DNA of 64,000 nt, from NCBI GenBank assembly GCA_963772835.1, contig CAVYYZ010000001.1:160001-224000 (forward strand), written 5' to 3'. This stretch comes from an uncultured delta proteobacterium (GTDB lineage: Bacteria > Desulfobacterota > Desulfuromonadia > Geobacterales > Pseudopelobacteraceae). Made by a program: the position numbers and the translations under genes. This document shows positions 28,238 to 40,551 of this stretch, in pieces. A model generated the notes under the pieces. The model searched no databases and was not told where the DNA came from. It was given only the letters and a program-made list of their open reading frames with translations. Numbering within the stretch: the first letter of the stretch is position 1; each line of letters begins with the position of its first letter.

Positions 28238-28405
28238 GTGTCCCATACTATTACTGAAGATTGCACAAATTGTGCAGCATGTGAGGATTCCTGTCCCGTT
28301 AACGCTATCAGCGAGCAGGGTTCGAAGCGTGTTATTGACGCCGATACCTGTATCGACTGCGGCGCATGTGTAGATACCTGCCCCGTAAGCGCTATCCATG
28401 CTTAA
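28238..28405 (+). CDS. 2[4Fe-4S] clostridial-type ferredoxin, 55 aa (not in the ORF track)
   Basis: AAGGAGG RBS and GTG start. Translates MSHTITEDCTNCAACEDSCPVNAISEQGSKRVIDADTCIDCGACVDTCPVSAIHA*, with two CxxCxxCxxxCP motifs. Confidence 0.95.
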   Translation: MSHTITEDCTNCAACEDSCPVNAISEQGSKRVIDADTCIDCGACVDTCPVSAIHA

Positions 28406-28430
28406 GTGACGTTGATCACACCGCAACACA

Positions 28431-28461
28431 AAAAAAGCCCGTGGCAGCACGGGCTTTTTTT
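28431..28461. terminator. Bidirectional intrinsic terminator
   Basis: A6-GCCCGTG-GCAG-CACGGGC-T7. Confidence 0.8.
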
Positions 28462-28482
28462 GTAGTGGCAAACGGTTCTTAA

Positions 28483-28704
28483 TTACAGTTTATTTCTGAG
28501 CAGCCAGATGATGAGCGATATAACGGCAGAAAAAAGCAGGCAGGTCGTAAAAGGGAAGTAGAAACCAAAATTGCCTCGTCTGAAGCTGAGGTCTCCCGGA
28601 AGTCTGCCGAGCCAGGAGGGGAGTTTCGGTGCGAAAGAGAACAACAGACCGGCAGCAAGCAGGATGAGGCCGGCCATAATGAGAAATCGACCCGCACCGT
28701 TCAT
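28483..28704 (-). CDS. Small membrane protein (DUF2905 family)
   Basis: Two hydrophobic helices around WLGRLPGD.......FYFP.TT. Confidence 0.8.
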   Translation of the reverse strand: MNGAGRFLIMAGLILLAAGLLFSFAPKLPSWLGRLPGDLSFRRGNFGFYFPFTTCLLFSAVISLIIWLLRNKL

Positions 28705-29252
28705 GTCTTTTTAGCAGAGTCTGCCGTTTGCAGGTACCGCTCCTTTTCACTGTAGATGCAGCCGCAGTATTGCTGGCGGTACAGTCCCCGATCTTTTGAG
28801 AGCCGGATTCCCTCCTGCCATCCTGATCGAAAGTCCTGGTAGTGGAAGGTCACTCCGTATTCACTTCCGAACTGTTCCCCCAGTGCCCTGATTTCATCAT
28901 GTTTCTGATACCGGCTGTAGAGGAGCGATGCACTGAATGCTTCAAAGCCACCCGCGGCAGCGGCATGTGCCGTTGCCTTCAGACGTGATGCGTAGCAGTA
29001 GCTGCAGCGTTTGTCCGGTTCAGCGGCGACGTGAGCCAGAAATCCCTCCAGATCGTAGTCGTCCTGCAGAATCAGGGGCATTGCTTCCTGGTCCGCCATT
29101 TGGACAGCGGTATCCCGCCGCCGGACATACTCCTGATAGGGATGGATATTGTGGTTATAGAAAAAGCCGGTCACTTGGTGTCCCGCTGCCCGTAGCTGCT
29201 GCAGCGGGAAAAGGGCACAGGGGCCGCAGCAGGTGTGCAGCAGAATACGCAT
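28701..29252 (-). CDS. queH: Epoxyqueuosine reductase QueH (DUF208)
   Basis: LLHTCCGPC, FYNHNIHP..EY, RCSYCY..RL and YRQQYCGCIYS. Confidence 0.92.
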   Translation of the reverse strand: MRILLHTCCGPCALFPLQQLRAAGHQVTGFFYNHNIHPYQEYVRRRDTAVQMADQEAMPLILQDDYDLEGFLAHVAAEPDKRCSYCYASRLKATAHAAAAGGFEAFSASLLYSRYQKHDEIRALGEQFGSEYGVTFHYQDFRSGWQEGIRLSKDRGLYRQQYCGCIYSEKERYLQTADSAKKT

Positions 29253-30457
29253 TACAGATTCCCCAGCAGATGTCCCATCTTTTCCCGTTTGGTCTCAAGA
29301 TAGTCCCGGTTGGTGTCAGTCGGTTCCGCTTCAATGGAGACCCGTTCAACTATATCGATGCCATAGCCTTGCAGGCCGATAAGTTTTTTCGGGTTATTGG
29401 TCAGCAAACGTATTTTAGTGATGCCGAGTGCCAGCAGAATCTGGGCGCCGATACCATACTCGCGCAGATCTGCCTTGAAACCCAATTCAAGGTTGGCTTC
29501 CACCGTGTCACGTCCGTTATCCTGCAGTTCATACGCTTTCAGCTTGTTGACCAGTCCGATGCCCCGCCCTTCCTGACGCATGTACAGGATGACGCCGCAC
29601 CCTTCTGCTGCGATTTGCTTCATGGCGTGGTGCAGCTGCTCGCCGCAGTCGCAGCGCTGACTTCCGAGAACGTCTCCGGTCAGGCATTCCGAATGTACCC
29701 TGACCAGTATCGACTGATCTTTTTTCAGGTCCCCCTTTACCAGGGCGATGTGCTCGAGTTTGTCGATATCGTTTTCAAAACCGATCGCCCGCCATTCTCC
29801 GCCGAACGAGGAGGGGAGACGCGCTTCGGCAACGGTGCGTACCAATCGCTCGTTTTTGAGGCGATAGGCCACCAGATCGGCAATCGTGCAGATCTTTATG
29901 TTGTGCTCTTTCGCGAATACTTTCAGTTCCGGCATTCTCGCCATTGTGCCATCGTCATTCATGATTTCGCAGATGACACCGGCGGGTTTCAACCCTGCAA
30001 GGCGGGCCAGATCGACGGACCCCTCGGTCTGGCCAAGGCGCACGAGTACCCCGCCTTTACGGGCTCTCAGCGGGAATATATGGCCGGGGCTGACCAGATC
30101 CTTTGCACCGGCGCCGTCAGCGACGGCCGTCACAATCGTGTGGGCCCGGTCAGCGGCGGAGATGCCGGTTGTCACGCCGTGCTTTGCTTCGATAGATACG
30201 GTAAATGCGGTCTCAAACGGAGAGGTGTTGTCGCGCACCATCGGCCGCAGTCCCAGTTCATCGCATTTTTCGGGTGTCAGAGTCAGGCAGATCAGCCCGC
30301 GGCCATATTTTGCCATGAAATTGATGTTCTCCGGTGTGGCGGCCTCTGCAGCCAGAGTCAGATCCCCCTCGTTCTCACGATCCTCGTCATCCACCAGGAT
30401 AACCATTTTTCCAAGTCTGATATCTTCGATTGCTTCTTCAATGGTTGCTACTGACAT
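29252..30457 (-). CDS. ribBA: Bifunctional DHBP synthase / GTP cyclohydrolase II
   Basis: [32 protein letters not shown] and QEGRGIGL. Confidence 0.97.
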   Translation of the reverse strand: MSVATIEEAIEDIRLGKMVILVDDEDRENEGDLTLAAEAATPENINFMAKYGRGLICLTLTPEKCDELGLRPMVRDNTSPFETAFTVSIEAKHGVTTGISAADRAHTIVTAVADGAGAKDLVSPGHIFPLRARKGGVLVRLGQTEGSVDLARLAGLKPAGVICEIMNDDGTMARMPELKVFAKEHNIKICTIADLVAYRLKNERLVRTVAEARLPSSFGGEWRAIGFENDIDKLEHIALVKGDLKKDQSILVRVHSECLTGDVLGSQRCDCGEQLHHAMKQIAAEGCGVILYMRQEGRGIGLVNKLKAYELQDNGRDTVEANLELGFKADLREYGIGAQILLALGITKIRLLTNNPKKLIGLQGYGIDIVERVSIEAEPTDTNRDYLETKREKMGHLLGNL

Positions 30458-30559
30458 ATGTCGTCCTCTCTAGGTATAGTTTCAATGTTCGTAGATTCAA
30501 GGCTCGCAGGGTGTCAACGTGGGACGGAAAACATTGAACACAAAACGTATGAACCGGTT

Positions 30560-31201
30560 TCAAATAAATCCATTTTCTGCGAGTATTTTCATGCTCAATC
30601 CGCCTCCGGGGTTCCGGGGCAGCGCCAATCGCTCTACGTACTTTCCGATAATATCGGTTTCAATATTAACTTTACTGCCGACTCTGAGCTGCCCGAGCGT
30701 GGTAACAGAATACGTATGCGGAATAATGTTTACCGAAAAGCCATCCTGAGAGACGGAGTTGACCGTCAGGCTGATCCCGTCTATCGTAACGGAACCTTTT
30801 TCCACAAGATAGCGGGCATGTTCAGACGGCAGAGTGAACTGCAATTGGTGGCTGCCGGATCGGCTTTCAGATCGGGACAGATACCCTTCGCAGTCGATGT
30901 GCCCGCTGACAATATGTCCTCCCATACGGTCACCGAGCCGGAGAGCCCGTTCCAGATTGACCCGGCTGCCGCTGGAGAGTCCTCCGACCGTTGACCGGGA
31001 CATACTCTCAGGGGAAACATCAAAGGAAAGGGTACGGCTGCTTCTGGCGGTCACGGTCAGACATACCCCATTAACGGCAACAGAGTCACCGACGGCAATT
31101 TCCGCCGTCGGCAGAGAAGTTTCCACAACAAGTACCCCCGCTTCATCGCGACGGTGAAACGCGGCCACATGGCCGGTGTCTTCAATCAGTCCAGTGAACA
31201 T
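30560..31201 (-). CDS. ribE: Riboflavin synthase (alpha chain)
   Basis: MFTGLIE, GDSVAVNGVCLTV, VNLERA, GGHIVSGHID and KGSVTIDGISLTV. Confidence 0.96.
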   Translation of the reverse strand: MFTGLIEDTGHVAAFHRRDEAGVLVVETSLPTAEIAVGDSVAVNGVCLTVTARSSRTLSFDVSPESMSRSTVGGLSSGSRVNLERALRLGDRMGGHIVSGHIDCEGYLSRSESRSGSHQLQFTLPSEHARYLVEKGSVTIDGISLTVNSVSQDGFSVNIIPHTYSVTTLGQLRVGSKVNIETDIIGKYVERLALPRNPGGGLSMKILAENGFI

Positions 31202-32292
31202 ACATTCTCCGGGCGTGCAGTGACCATAATATCAGTGCCGATGCGCCGCATGCTAAGATCGCGAAACGCAATTGAGCGCGCCATGTTAGTGGTGCCGGTA
31301 ATCGCGAAAGGGGAAAATCCATCGCTTCCGACCACCTTGGGTGCGTAAAAGAATACGCATTCATCAATCAAGCCGTGCCGCAGAGCTTCTCCCGCCAGGT
31401 GGCTTCCCCCTTCCAGCAGGAGGGAATGGATGCCGAGTTTACCCAGTCTGCTCCAGAGGTCATTCAGATCCACCCGGTTGTTCTCCGAGCGGCAGACCAA
31501 CAGGGTGGCGCCGCTTTTCAGATAGCGGGCATGCACCTCCGGGTTTGTTTCAATGGTCGCAATGACCGTTCCCCGTGCCATGTGAGCGCTTAACACCGCG
31601 ACGCTCTCCGGTGTACGCAGATGACTGTCGACTATGATCCTGAGCGGATTACGCCCTTTGACATGGCGGACAGTCAGCTGCGGGTCGTCTGCGATGATGG
31701 TGTCAACACCGACCATGATCGCATCGCTGTCAGCCCGCATGCGGTGAACAATCCTGCGTGAGGCTTCGCAGCTGATCCAGCGTGACTCGCCGGTAACGCT
31801 TGCTATCTTGCCGTCCAGAGTCATGGCACATTTATAGGTGACGTACGGCTGCCCGGTCGTCATGAATTTCACGAAAGGGCGATTGATTGCACGACACTCC
31901 TCCTCAAGTACTCCGCTGAGGGTCTCTATACCGGCCAACTGCAGAGCCCGCAATCCGCCGCCGTCTACCTGCGGATTCGGGTCGCTCATGCCGGCAATAA
32001 CCCGTCTGACTCCTGCCCTGATGAGCGCCTCGCTGCAGGGGGGAGTCCTGCCGGTGTGGCAGCATGGTTCCAGTGTCACGTATACATCCGCGCCGCTGGC
32101 CGCGCCGCCGGCTATTTCCAGGGCGTGTATCTCAGCGTGAGGTCCGCCCGCCTTCCTGTGCCACCCCTCACCGATAACCGCACCGTTTTTGACGATGACA
32201 CACCCGACCGCCGGATTCGGAGATGTTTTTCCGATCCCCTTCTTTGCCAATGTTACGGCACGTTTCATATATGCGATGTCGGTGTCGACCAT
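31186..32292 (-). CDS. ribD: Riboflavin biosynthesis deaminase/reductase
   Basis: PNPAVG, HAE, TLEPCCH.GRTPPC, TLDG, SRWIS and EGG. Confidence 0.96.
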   Translation of the reverse strand: MVDTDIAYMKRAVTLAKKGIGKTSPNPAVGCVIVKNGAVIGEGWHRKAGGPHAEIHALEIAGGAASGADVYVTLEPCCHTGRTPPCSEALIRAGVRRVIAGMSDPNPQVDGGGLRALQLAGIETLSGVLEEECRAINRPFVKFMTTGQPYVTYKCAMTLDGKIASVTGESRWISCEASRRIVHRMRADSDAIMVGVDTIIADDPQLTVRHVKGRNPLRIIVDSHLRTPESVAVLSAHMARGTVIATIETNPEVHARYLKSGATLLVCRSENNRVDLNDLWSRLGKLGIHSLLLEGGSHLAGEALRHGLIDECVFFYAPKVVGSDGFSPFAITGTTNMARSIAFRDLSMRRIGTDIMVTARPENVCSLD

Positions 32293-32309
32293 GGAAACTC
32301 TCAAAATTC

Positions 32310-32762
32310 TTATTTTTTCAGTAGATCCTGCAGTTCCTGCATGAATTCGCCGATGTCACGGAACGAGCGGTAGACCGATGCGAAGCGAACGTAGGCAACT
32401 TCATCCAGGCCGTGCAGTTCATTCATGACCCACTCGCCGATAGTCGTGGTTGTAATCTCCCGTTCTGTCGATTCCTGCAGCCGGGTTTCCAGGCGGTCAA
32501 CCAGCAGTTCGATATCGGCTTTGGAGATCGGTCGTTTTTCACATGCCTTGACGATGCCGTTGATAATCTTCAGGCGGTCAAACTGTTCACGCCGGCCATC
32601 TTTTTTGCAGACCTGCGGGAGTATCTCTTCAATCCGCTCGTGGGTCGTAAAGCGCTTCGAGCACTGTTCACATTCGCGGCGGCGGCGGATGGCAGAGCCG
32701 CCCTTGTCAGGGCGCGAATCAACGACCTTGCTGTCCAGATTATTGCAAAACGGGCATTTCAT
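32310..32762 (-). CDS. nrdR: Transcriptional repressor NrdR
   Basis: MKCPFC, DSR, IRRRREC..C..RFTT, an ATP-cone, and [10 protein letters not shown]. Confidence 0.97.
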   Translation of the reverse strand: MKCPFCNNLDSKVVDSRPDKGGSAIRRRRECEQCSKRFTTHERIEEILPQVCKKDGRREQFDRLKIINGIVKACEKRPISKADIELLVDRLETRLQESTEREITTTTIGEWVMNELHGLDEVAYVRFASVYRSFRDIGEFMQELQDLLKK

Positions 32763-33226
32763 TGCGGACCGCCAGTGCATGCTTCCGCGAAACGGATCAC
32801 CGTAATATCGGCCTCGGTGATCATTTCGCGTGCCAGTTCGTCGGCATATCCTTCGTCATATATCACCGTGGTTATACCCGCGTTGATAATCATTTTTGTA
32901 CAGATGATGCAGGGCATAGTCGTGCAGTACAGCGTGGCACCGTCGATATTGGTGCCGTGTTTGGCGGCCTGTATGATGGCATTCTGCTCGGCATGGAGAC
33001 CGCGGCAGAGTTCATGGCGTTCGCCTGAAGGTACGTTAAGCTTCTCGCGCAGGCAGCCGACCGCTTCGCAGTGGGTAATCCCTGACGGGACACCGTTGTA
33101 ACCGGTGGCCAGGATATTTCGGTCCTTAACGAGCAGCGCGCCCACCTGCCGGCGAAGACAGGAAGAGCGGGTCGCCACCAGGCGGGTGATGTCCATGAAA
33201 TATTGATCCCAGGATGGGCGCTGCAT
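32759..33226 (-). CDS. dCMP deaminase family protein (ComEB-like)
   Basis: [30 protein letters not shown] and PCIIC. Confidence 0.92.
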   Translation of the reverse strand: MQRPSWDQYFMDITRLVATRSSCLRRQVGALLVKDRNILATGYNGVPSGITHCEAVGCLREKLNVPSGERHELCRGLHAEQNAIIQAAKHGTNIDGATLYCTTMPCIICTKMIINAGITTVIYDEGYADELAREMITEADITVIRFAEACTGGPQ

Positions 33227-33604
33227 AGCGGGGTATTCCTTCCGTGTGCTGATTCTCCCGGTAAAGTACCTTACTCTGCGGGTCAGGTCAATATTGTTGC
33301 CGCCTGCTCACGATTTTTCCTGTACGCCGCAATGAATTGTTTGCAGGAGAACAGCGATATATATTATGATCACCGGCATATCGGGGTGCGCAGCATGCAG
33401 CACTATCGAAACCGGTTGCTACGATATCCGGGCCAGTCGTAGAGATGCCTTCCGTTCCCACCGGATATCTTTGTGATCTTGCGCATAAGACCTGGAACCC
33501 GCCGGAGCTGCCCAGAATATTGAGCGAACGGATATACACAAAAAAGTCCCGCGGGGATGATGCCGCTATGAATACGGTCTGGCGGATCCGGCCGAGTTCG
33601 TAAC

Positions 33605-33633
33605 TTGACACCTCTCCGCTTTTGCGGTAACTT
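33605..33633 (+). promoter_or_regulatory. Sigma70-like promoter upstream of kdsB
   Basis: TTGACA, 17 nt, TAACTT. Confidence 0.5.
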
Positions 33634-33700
33634 GCCACGTCCTACCACAGGACAACTGGCGTTTTCGTCAACATCCCCGCATGTTAAAAAGGTTCCCTGC

Positions 33701-34465
33701 ATGAAAATTACAGCGGTTATCCCTGCCCGTTATGCGTCGGTACGTTTTCCCGGAAAGGCTCTGGCGGAAATTGACGGCCGCCCGATGATCCAGCATGTCT
33801 ACGAGCGCACCGCCCAGTCAAAGCTGGTGGGTCGGGTTATTGTCGCCACAGATGACCCCCGTATCGCCGATGCGGTCAGGTCATTCGGAGGGGAGGTCGC
33901 CATGACCTCATCCAGACATGAAACCGGCACCGACCGGTTGGCAGAGGTTGCGGCGGGCCTTGATTCCGATATAATTGTCAATGTACAGGGTGATGAGCCT
34001 CTGATTGACCCGGCCATCATCGATATGACCCTGCTGCCGCTCCTTGATGAGGAAGACCTGCAGATGGGAACCGTCAAGACACGCATTAGATGCCTGCACG
34101 ATTTTCTATCCCCCAATGTAGTCAAAGTGGTGACCGACAATCGTGGCAATGCGATCTATTTCTCCCGTTCTCCGCTCCCTTTCTTCCGCGATAAATGGAA
34201 AGATCTCAAGGATGAATCATTTTGCTGCGGCAAGCTGCTCTGTTACAAGCATGTCGGCCTCTATGTCTATCGTCGTGATTTTCTGCTTAAATTTGCCGCC
34301 ATGCCCGCGACGTTTCTGGAAATATCCGAAAAGCTGGAACAGCTGCGCGCTATTGAAAACGGCGTCAGGATCCGGGTTGTTGAAACCGAGATTGAGTCGA
34401 TCGGCGTGGATACGCCTGATGACCTGCTTAAGGTGCAGGAGCAGTATCGTAAACTTCATAATTAG
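33701..34465 (+). CDS. kdsB: CMP-Kdo synthetase
   Basis: [29 protein letters not shown] and EKLEQLR. Confidence 0.96.
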   Translation: MKITAVIPARYASVRFPGKALAEIDGRPMIQHVYERTAQSKLVGRVIVATDDPRIADAVRSFGGEVAMTSSRHETGTDRLAEVAAGLDSDIIVNVQGDEPLIDPAIIDMTLLPLLDEEDLQMGTVKTRIRCLHDFLSPNVVKVVTDNRGNAIYFSRSPLPFFRDKWKDLKDESFCCGKLLCYKHVGLYVYRRDFLLKFAAMPATFLEISEKLEQLRAIENGVRIRVVETEIESIGVDTPDDLLKVQEQYRKLHN

Positions 34466-34489
34466 ACTTTGTTTTTTATCGAATTATAA

Positions 34490-36112
<1,623 letters not shown>

Positions 36113-36115
36113 ATC

Positions 36116-36949
36116 ATGACCCGTGAAATTATTTCCGGAAATGTAAAAATCGGCGGCAATCGGCCGCTTGTTCTGATCGCCGGACCGTGCGTCATAGAGG
36201 ATGAAGCCGCAACTCTGCGGCATGCCGAACGGTTGATGGCTATTTGTAACGGCCTTTCCATCCCTTTGATTTTCAAGGCTTCCTATGACAAGGCCAACCG
36301 GACTTCGATCAATGCGTATCGCGGACCTGGTTTGAAAGAGGGGCTTGCCATACTGCGCAAGGTCAAGGAATCGCTCGGTGTTCCGGTAATATCGGATATT
36401 CACTCCATCGAGCAGGTCAAACCTGCGGCCGAGGTCCTGGATATCCTTCAGATCCCCGCTTTTCTCTGTCGTCAGACCGACCTGCTGGTGGCGGCTGCAC
36501 AGAGCGGAAGGGTCATCAACGTCAAAAAAGGACAGTTTCTTGCTCCCTGGGACATGAAAAATGTCGCCGGGAAAATTGCCGCCAGCGGCAACGAGAACAT
36601 CATCCTTACGGAGCGCGGTGCCTCTTTCGGCTATAACAATCTTGTTGTGGACATGCGCAGTTTTCCGGTTATGCGCGCCACCGGTTACCCGGTCGTGTTC
36701 GACGCCACACACAGTGTGCAGCTCCCCGGTGGTCAGGGGGACAGTTCGGGCGGTCAGCGCGAGTTTGTAGAGTATCTCTCGCGGGCGGCGGTCGCAACCG
36801 GGATTGACGGCATCTTCATGGAAGTGCATGAAGACCCGGATAAGGCGTTCTGTGACGGTCCCAATTCTATTCCCCTGAGTGATCTTCCCGCCCTGTTGAA
36901 GACCCTGAAGGCACTTGACTCCGTTGTCAAGCAAAGGCCTCCGGTATGA
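36116..36949 (+). CDS. kdsA: Kdo-8-phosphate synthase
   Basis: [29 protein letters not shown] and DATHSVQ. Confidence 0.97.
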   Translation: MTREIISGNVKIGGNRPLVLIAGPCVIEDEAATLRHAERLMAICNGLSIPLIFKASYDKANRTSINAYRGPGLKEGLAILRKVKESLGVPVISDIHSIEQVKPAAEVLDILQIPAFLCRQTDLLVAAAQSGRVINVKKGQFLAPWDMKNVAGKIAASGNENIILTERGASFGYNNLVVDMRSFPVMRATGYPVVFDATHSVQLPGGQGDSSGGQREFVEYLSRAAVATGIDGIFMEVHEDPDKAFCDGPNSIPLSDLPALLKTLKALDSVVKQRPPV

Positions 36950-37914
36950 ATGTCATCGATGAGGCGCGCCGGGTGATCCGGGTTGAAGCCATGGCACTGT
37001 CAGCTATGGCCGAACGCATTGACAGTTCGTTCGAACGTGCAATTGACGTGATTCTGGAGAGTCCGGGCCGGGTTATCGTCAGCGGGATGGGAAAATCCGG
37101 TCTGGTCGGTCAGAAGATTGCGTCCACCATGGCTTCCACCGGTACTCCCGCTTTTTTCCTGCATCCGGCAGAAGGCATTCACGGTGATCTCGGCATGATT
37201 ATGAAAGGCGATGTCGTGATTGCCATTTCAAACAGCGGCGAAACCGAAGAAATTCTGAGAATACTTCCGTCAATCAAGCGTCTGGGGGCAAAGATGATTG
37301 CCATGAGCGGCAACCCGGCGTCAAACCTGTCCCGTTCAAGTGACGTTTTTCTCGATGTATCGGTTTCTGAAGAGGCCTGTCCACTCGGCCTTGCGCCGAC
37401 CGCCTCCACAACAGCCACGCTGGCAATGGGGGACGCACTTGCCGTTGCACTGCTGGTCCGTCGCGGTTTCAAAGCCGAGGATTTTGCGATCTTTCATCCC
37501 GGCGGCTCTCTCGGCAAAAAACTTATTCTGAGAGTCGAAGATCTGATGCACTCCGGAGAAGCAATACCGCTGGTGCAGGAGGATACCCTGATGAAAGAGG
37601 CGCTGTTCGTGATCACCGCAAAGGGGCTTGGAGTAACCGGTGTCTGCGATTCGAGCGGTGCGCTGAAGGGCGTCATAACAGACGGCGACCTGCGCCGGTC
37701 GCTGGAAAAAGGGTTTGATATCCTCAATCAGCGGGCCTCGGAAATTATGAAGCACGGGCCTCTGCGCATAAAACGATCGGAGCTTGCCGCGGCAGCGCTG
37801 CAGATCATGGAGCAGCGTGCCATTACGTCATTATTCGTGTTCGAAAACGATCAGATTTCGTCTCCATGCGGCGTCATCCATCTGCATGACATCCTCAAAG
37901 CCGGTATTGCCTGA
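36946..37914 (+). CDS. kdsD: Arabinose-5-phosphate isomerase (KpsF/GutQ family)
   Basis: [31 protein letters not shown] and a CBS pair. Confidence 0.95.
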   Translation: MNVIDEARRVIRVEAMALSAMAERIDSSFERAIDVILESPGRVIVSGMGKSGLVGQKIASTMASTGTPAFFLHPAEGIHGDLGMIMKGDVVIAISNSGETEEILRILPSIKRLGAKMIAMSGNPASNLSRSSDVFLDVSVSEEACPLGLAPTASTTATLAMGDALAVALLVRRGFKAEDFAIFHPGGSLGKKLILRVEDLMHSGEAIPLVQEDTLMKEALFVITAKGLGVTGVCDSSGALKGVITDGDLRRSLEKGFDILNQRASEIMKHGPLRIKRSELAAAALQIMEQRAITSLFVFENDQISSPCGVIHLHDILKAGIA

Positions 37915-38429
37915 TGAATGAGTCACTTGCAGATATCCGCCTGCTTTTGCTTGATGTCGACGGCGTTATGACCGATGGCGGCATAATCTACGACGGAAAC
38001 GGCCTCGAAACCAAAGTATTTAATGTCAAAGACGGGCACGGCATCAAAATGCTTCAGCGATACGGCATAGAGGTCGGCATCATAACCGGCCGCACTTCAG
38101 TGGTTGTCGACATCAGGGCCAGAGAACTCGGCATTGAACTGGTGTACCAGGGGGCGCTGAAAAAACTTGAAAGCTACCGTGATATCCGGGAGAAGACCGG
38201 TTTTCTCGACAGCCAGATAGCCTACATCGGAGACGATGTTATCGACGTCCCGGTCATGAGGCGCGTGGCTTTTGCCGCAGCTCCTGCCGATGCTCTGATC
38301 GAAGTCCGCACTGTTGCACACTATGTAACATCCTGCGCCGGCGGACGGGGTGCGGTACGTGAAGTATGCGACCTGATTCTCAAAGGGCGCGGCGTGTGGA
38401 ATGAGGTTGCGGCCCGTTATGAGCTTTGA
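37914..38429 (+). CDS. kdsC: Kdo-8-phosphate phosphatase
   Basis: DVDGVMTDG, FNVKDG, GDDVID and GGRGAVRE. Confidence 0.95.
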   Translation: MNESLADIRLLLLDVDGVMTDGGIIYDGNGLETKVFNVKDGHGIKMLQRYGIEVGIITGRTSVVVDIRARELGIELVYQGALKKLESYRDIREKTGFLDSQIAYIGDDVIDVPVMRRVAFAAAPADALIEVRTVAHYVTSCAGGRGAVREVCDLILKGRGVWNEVAARYEL

Positions 38430-38511
38430 TACAATCTCTGTGCCAAAAACTGTAATTTTGTCACGTTATGCTGGACAGTCCCGCTCCTCAATGGTATAGT
38501 TCCTCCCTATT

Positions 38512-39081
38512 ATGGTATCGCCCGTTTATATCAGGCCTTTACTGGCACTTCTTGTGATGGCGGCGATAATCGGCATCGCGACAGTCGTTATCCGGAATGG
38601 TTCTCATGAATCTGCACCGGTTCCGTCGGCCAATCATCAGCTTCCCCACAACATAGAAGTTGCCCTTAAAAAAGCCCGTTTTTCAGAAATCCAGGATAGC
38701 CTGGTTGTATGGGAGCTCGTAGCCGAGCAGGCTGACTACGATAAAAACGTGGACACGGTGTACCTCTCGGATATCCGGATGGAATTCCCGCATAACCGTT
38801 CGCACGGGGCGGTAACGGTTACAGCAGATACAGGCGAGTATTCCAGCTCGGCAAAAATTGTCCGCCTTAATGGTCATGTCCACGCTGTCACCGAAGATAA
38901 GGCCGTTTTTACCACCGATTCGATTGTCTATACAGGCGCAACCGATCAATTATCAACGGCAGATCCGGTCGCCTTCCGGCAGCAAAGATTGCGGCTCAAT
39001 GCGGTTGGAATGGATTTCGGGGTGAAAAATCAACGCGCCCGGTTTCATTCTCTGATCGATGCTTCAATTGTTCCGGATTAG
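38512..39081 (+). CDS. lptC: LPS export protein LptC
   Basis: Single N-terminal TM helix and a beta-rich periplasmic domain, located between kdsC and lptA. Confidence 0.8.
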   Translation: MVSPVYIRPLLALLVMAAIIGIATVVIRNGSHESAPVPSANHQLPHNIEVALKKARFSEIQDSLVVWELVAEQADYDKNVDTVYLSDIRMEFPHNRSHGAVTVTADTGEYSSSAKIVRLNGHVHAVTEDKAVFTTDSIVYTGATDQLSTADPVAFRQQRLRLNAVGMDFGVKNQRARFHSLIDASIVPD

Positions 39082-39230
39082 TGCCGGAACTGTAATAGCT
39101 CTGTGATGGCCCGGATTACGCGGATTCCAACTCTTTGTATAGTTCGCGTTATCCGCCGGATCTGTTCGAATCCACTGTGCAGCGGGTCCATGTGACTTTG
39201 CTTTTTCTTCAGGTATTCAGGTATTAAAAT

Positions 39231-39752
39231 ATGAGATTACAACTTTCCTGCATAGTGTTCATCTGTATCTGCGGTCTGTTTTCGGCATCTGCAGCTCTGT
39301 CTGCGGCTCCGGTTCACGAGGATCGTTCACGTCTGCCGATTACCGTTAAATCCAACGAAATGAACGCTGACAACAGGGGGAAAACGGCGGTCTTCACCGG
39401 TAAGGTTGTCGCAAAACAGGGCGACATAACCATATTTTCCGATAAGCTCGTCGTGAACTATGCAGATATAAGCGGAGCGGTGGACAAGGTAGAGGCGTAC
39501 GGAAATGTCAGAATTGTCCAGCTGAATAGAACCGGTTTTGCAGATCAGGCGATTTACGATAGCGGTACCGGACGTATCGTTTTGACCGGAACCCCCCGGG
39601 TTGTGCAGGGCGGGGACAGCATCAGCGGAAAGGTGATCACCTATTACGTAGATGATGACAAGAGTGACGTGTCAAGCGGCGGCGATCCGAAGGCACGAGT
39701 CGAAGCGATCATTAATCCGCCCGCGAGGAAAAACGATGCCGGAAGTCGTTGA
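39231..39752 (+). CDS. lptA: LPS transport periplasmic protein LptA
   Basis: Signal peptide and OstA-like motifs (PITVKS, FTGKVVAKQG, AYGNVRI, LTGTP). Confidence 0.9.
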   Translation: MRLQLSCIVFICICGLFSASAALSAAPVHEDRSRLPITVKSNEMNADNRGKTAVFTGKVVAKQGDITIFSDKLVVNYADISGAVDKVEAYGNVRIVQLNRTGFADQAIYDSGTGRIVLTGTPRVVQGGDSISGKVITYYVDDDKSDVSSGGDPKARVEAIINPPARKNDAGSR

Positions 39753-40476
39753 GTCTTCCAGGCTCTGGACAAAAGCCCTGAAAAAAACCTACGGCAGCCG
39801 GCAGGTTGTTGGTGGTGTTGACATCTCGATTTCATCCGGTTCGGTTATCGGTTTGCTGGGCCCGAACGGAGCAGGTAAAACAACAACCTTCTATATGGTG
39901 GTCGGATTGGCGCAGCCGGACGGCGGCCAGGTTTTTCTGGGAGAGGAAGAGATAACGTCACTCCCGATGTACCAGCGAGCGCGTCGCGGTATAAGCTATC
40001 TACCCCAGGAAGCCTCAGTTTTCCGCAAACTGTCGGTGGCAGATAATCTGATGGCTATTATTGAAACGGTCGATTCTGACAAACGCCGCGGACGTGAGAA
40101 AATGGAGCAGCTGCTGGAGGAATTTTCCATCAGTCATATCGCCTCATCCATGGGATATGCGCTGTCAGGGGGCGAACGGCGCCGGGTTGAAATTGCCAGA
40201 GCACTCATAACAAACCCGTCGTTCATTCTGCTTGACGAACCGTTCGCCGGGATCGACCCGATTGCCGTAGCCGATATCCAGGGGTTGATCATGTCCCTAA
40301 AAAATAAAAATATCGGTGTATTGATTTCTGATCATAACGTCCGGGAAACGCTGGGAGTCTGTGACTCCGCATATATTCTGAGCAGTGGAGTCGTGCTTGA
40401 ATACGGGACTCCGAACGAGATAGCAGTGAGCAAAAAAGCTCAGGAGATTTATCTGGGTAAAGATTTTAGACTTTAA
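39736..40476 (+). CDS. lptB: LPS export ABC ATPase
   Basis: GPNGAGKTT, YLPQEASVF, LSGGERRRVEIAR, LDEPFAGIDP and DHNVRETL. Confidence 0.96.
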   Translation: MPEVVESSRLWTKALKKTYGSRQVVGGVDISISSGSVIGLLGPNGAGKTTTFYMVVGLAQPDGGQVFLGEEEITSLPMYQRARRGISYLPQEASVFRKLSVADNLMAIIETVDSDKRRGREKMEQLLEEFSISHIASSMGYALSGGERRRVEIARALITNPSFILLDEPFAGIDPIAVADIQGLIMSLKNKNIGVLISDHNVRETLGVCDSAYILSSGVVLEYGTPNEIAVSKKAQEIYLGKDFRL

Positions 40477-40551
40477 ACGTCCGGAAGGACCTCCGGAGCA
40501 AAAAACCGGGTCTGCAGAAATTCTTTATAACAGTATCGGGGTACCTGTTTC

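Noticed and set aside
28937..30454. 505-aa plus-strand ORF
   Set aside because: It is the antisense shadow of ribBA/queH with no recognisable motifs. The same applies to the other long antisense ORFs, such as 1168..1920, 14537..15337 and 36086..36934.
30458..30559. FMN riboswitch near the rib genes
   Set aside because: No RFN consensus elements are visible and the gap is short.
33288..33638. 116-aa minus-strand ORF or an ncRNA between the deaminase gene and kdsB
   Set aside because: No RBS, motif or recognisable riboswitch. It overlaps the predicted divergent promoter region.
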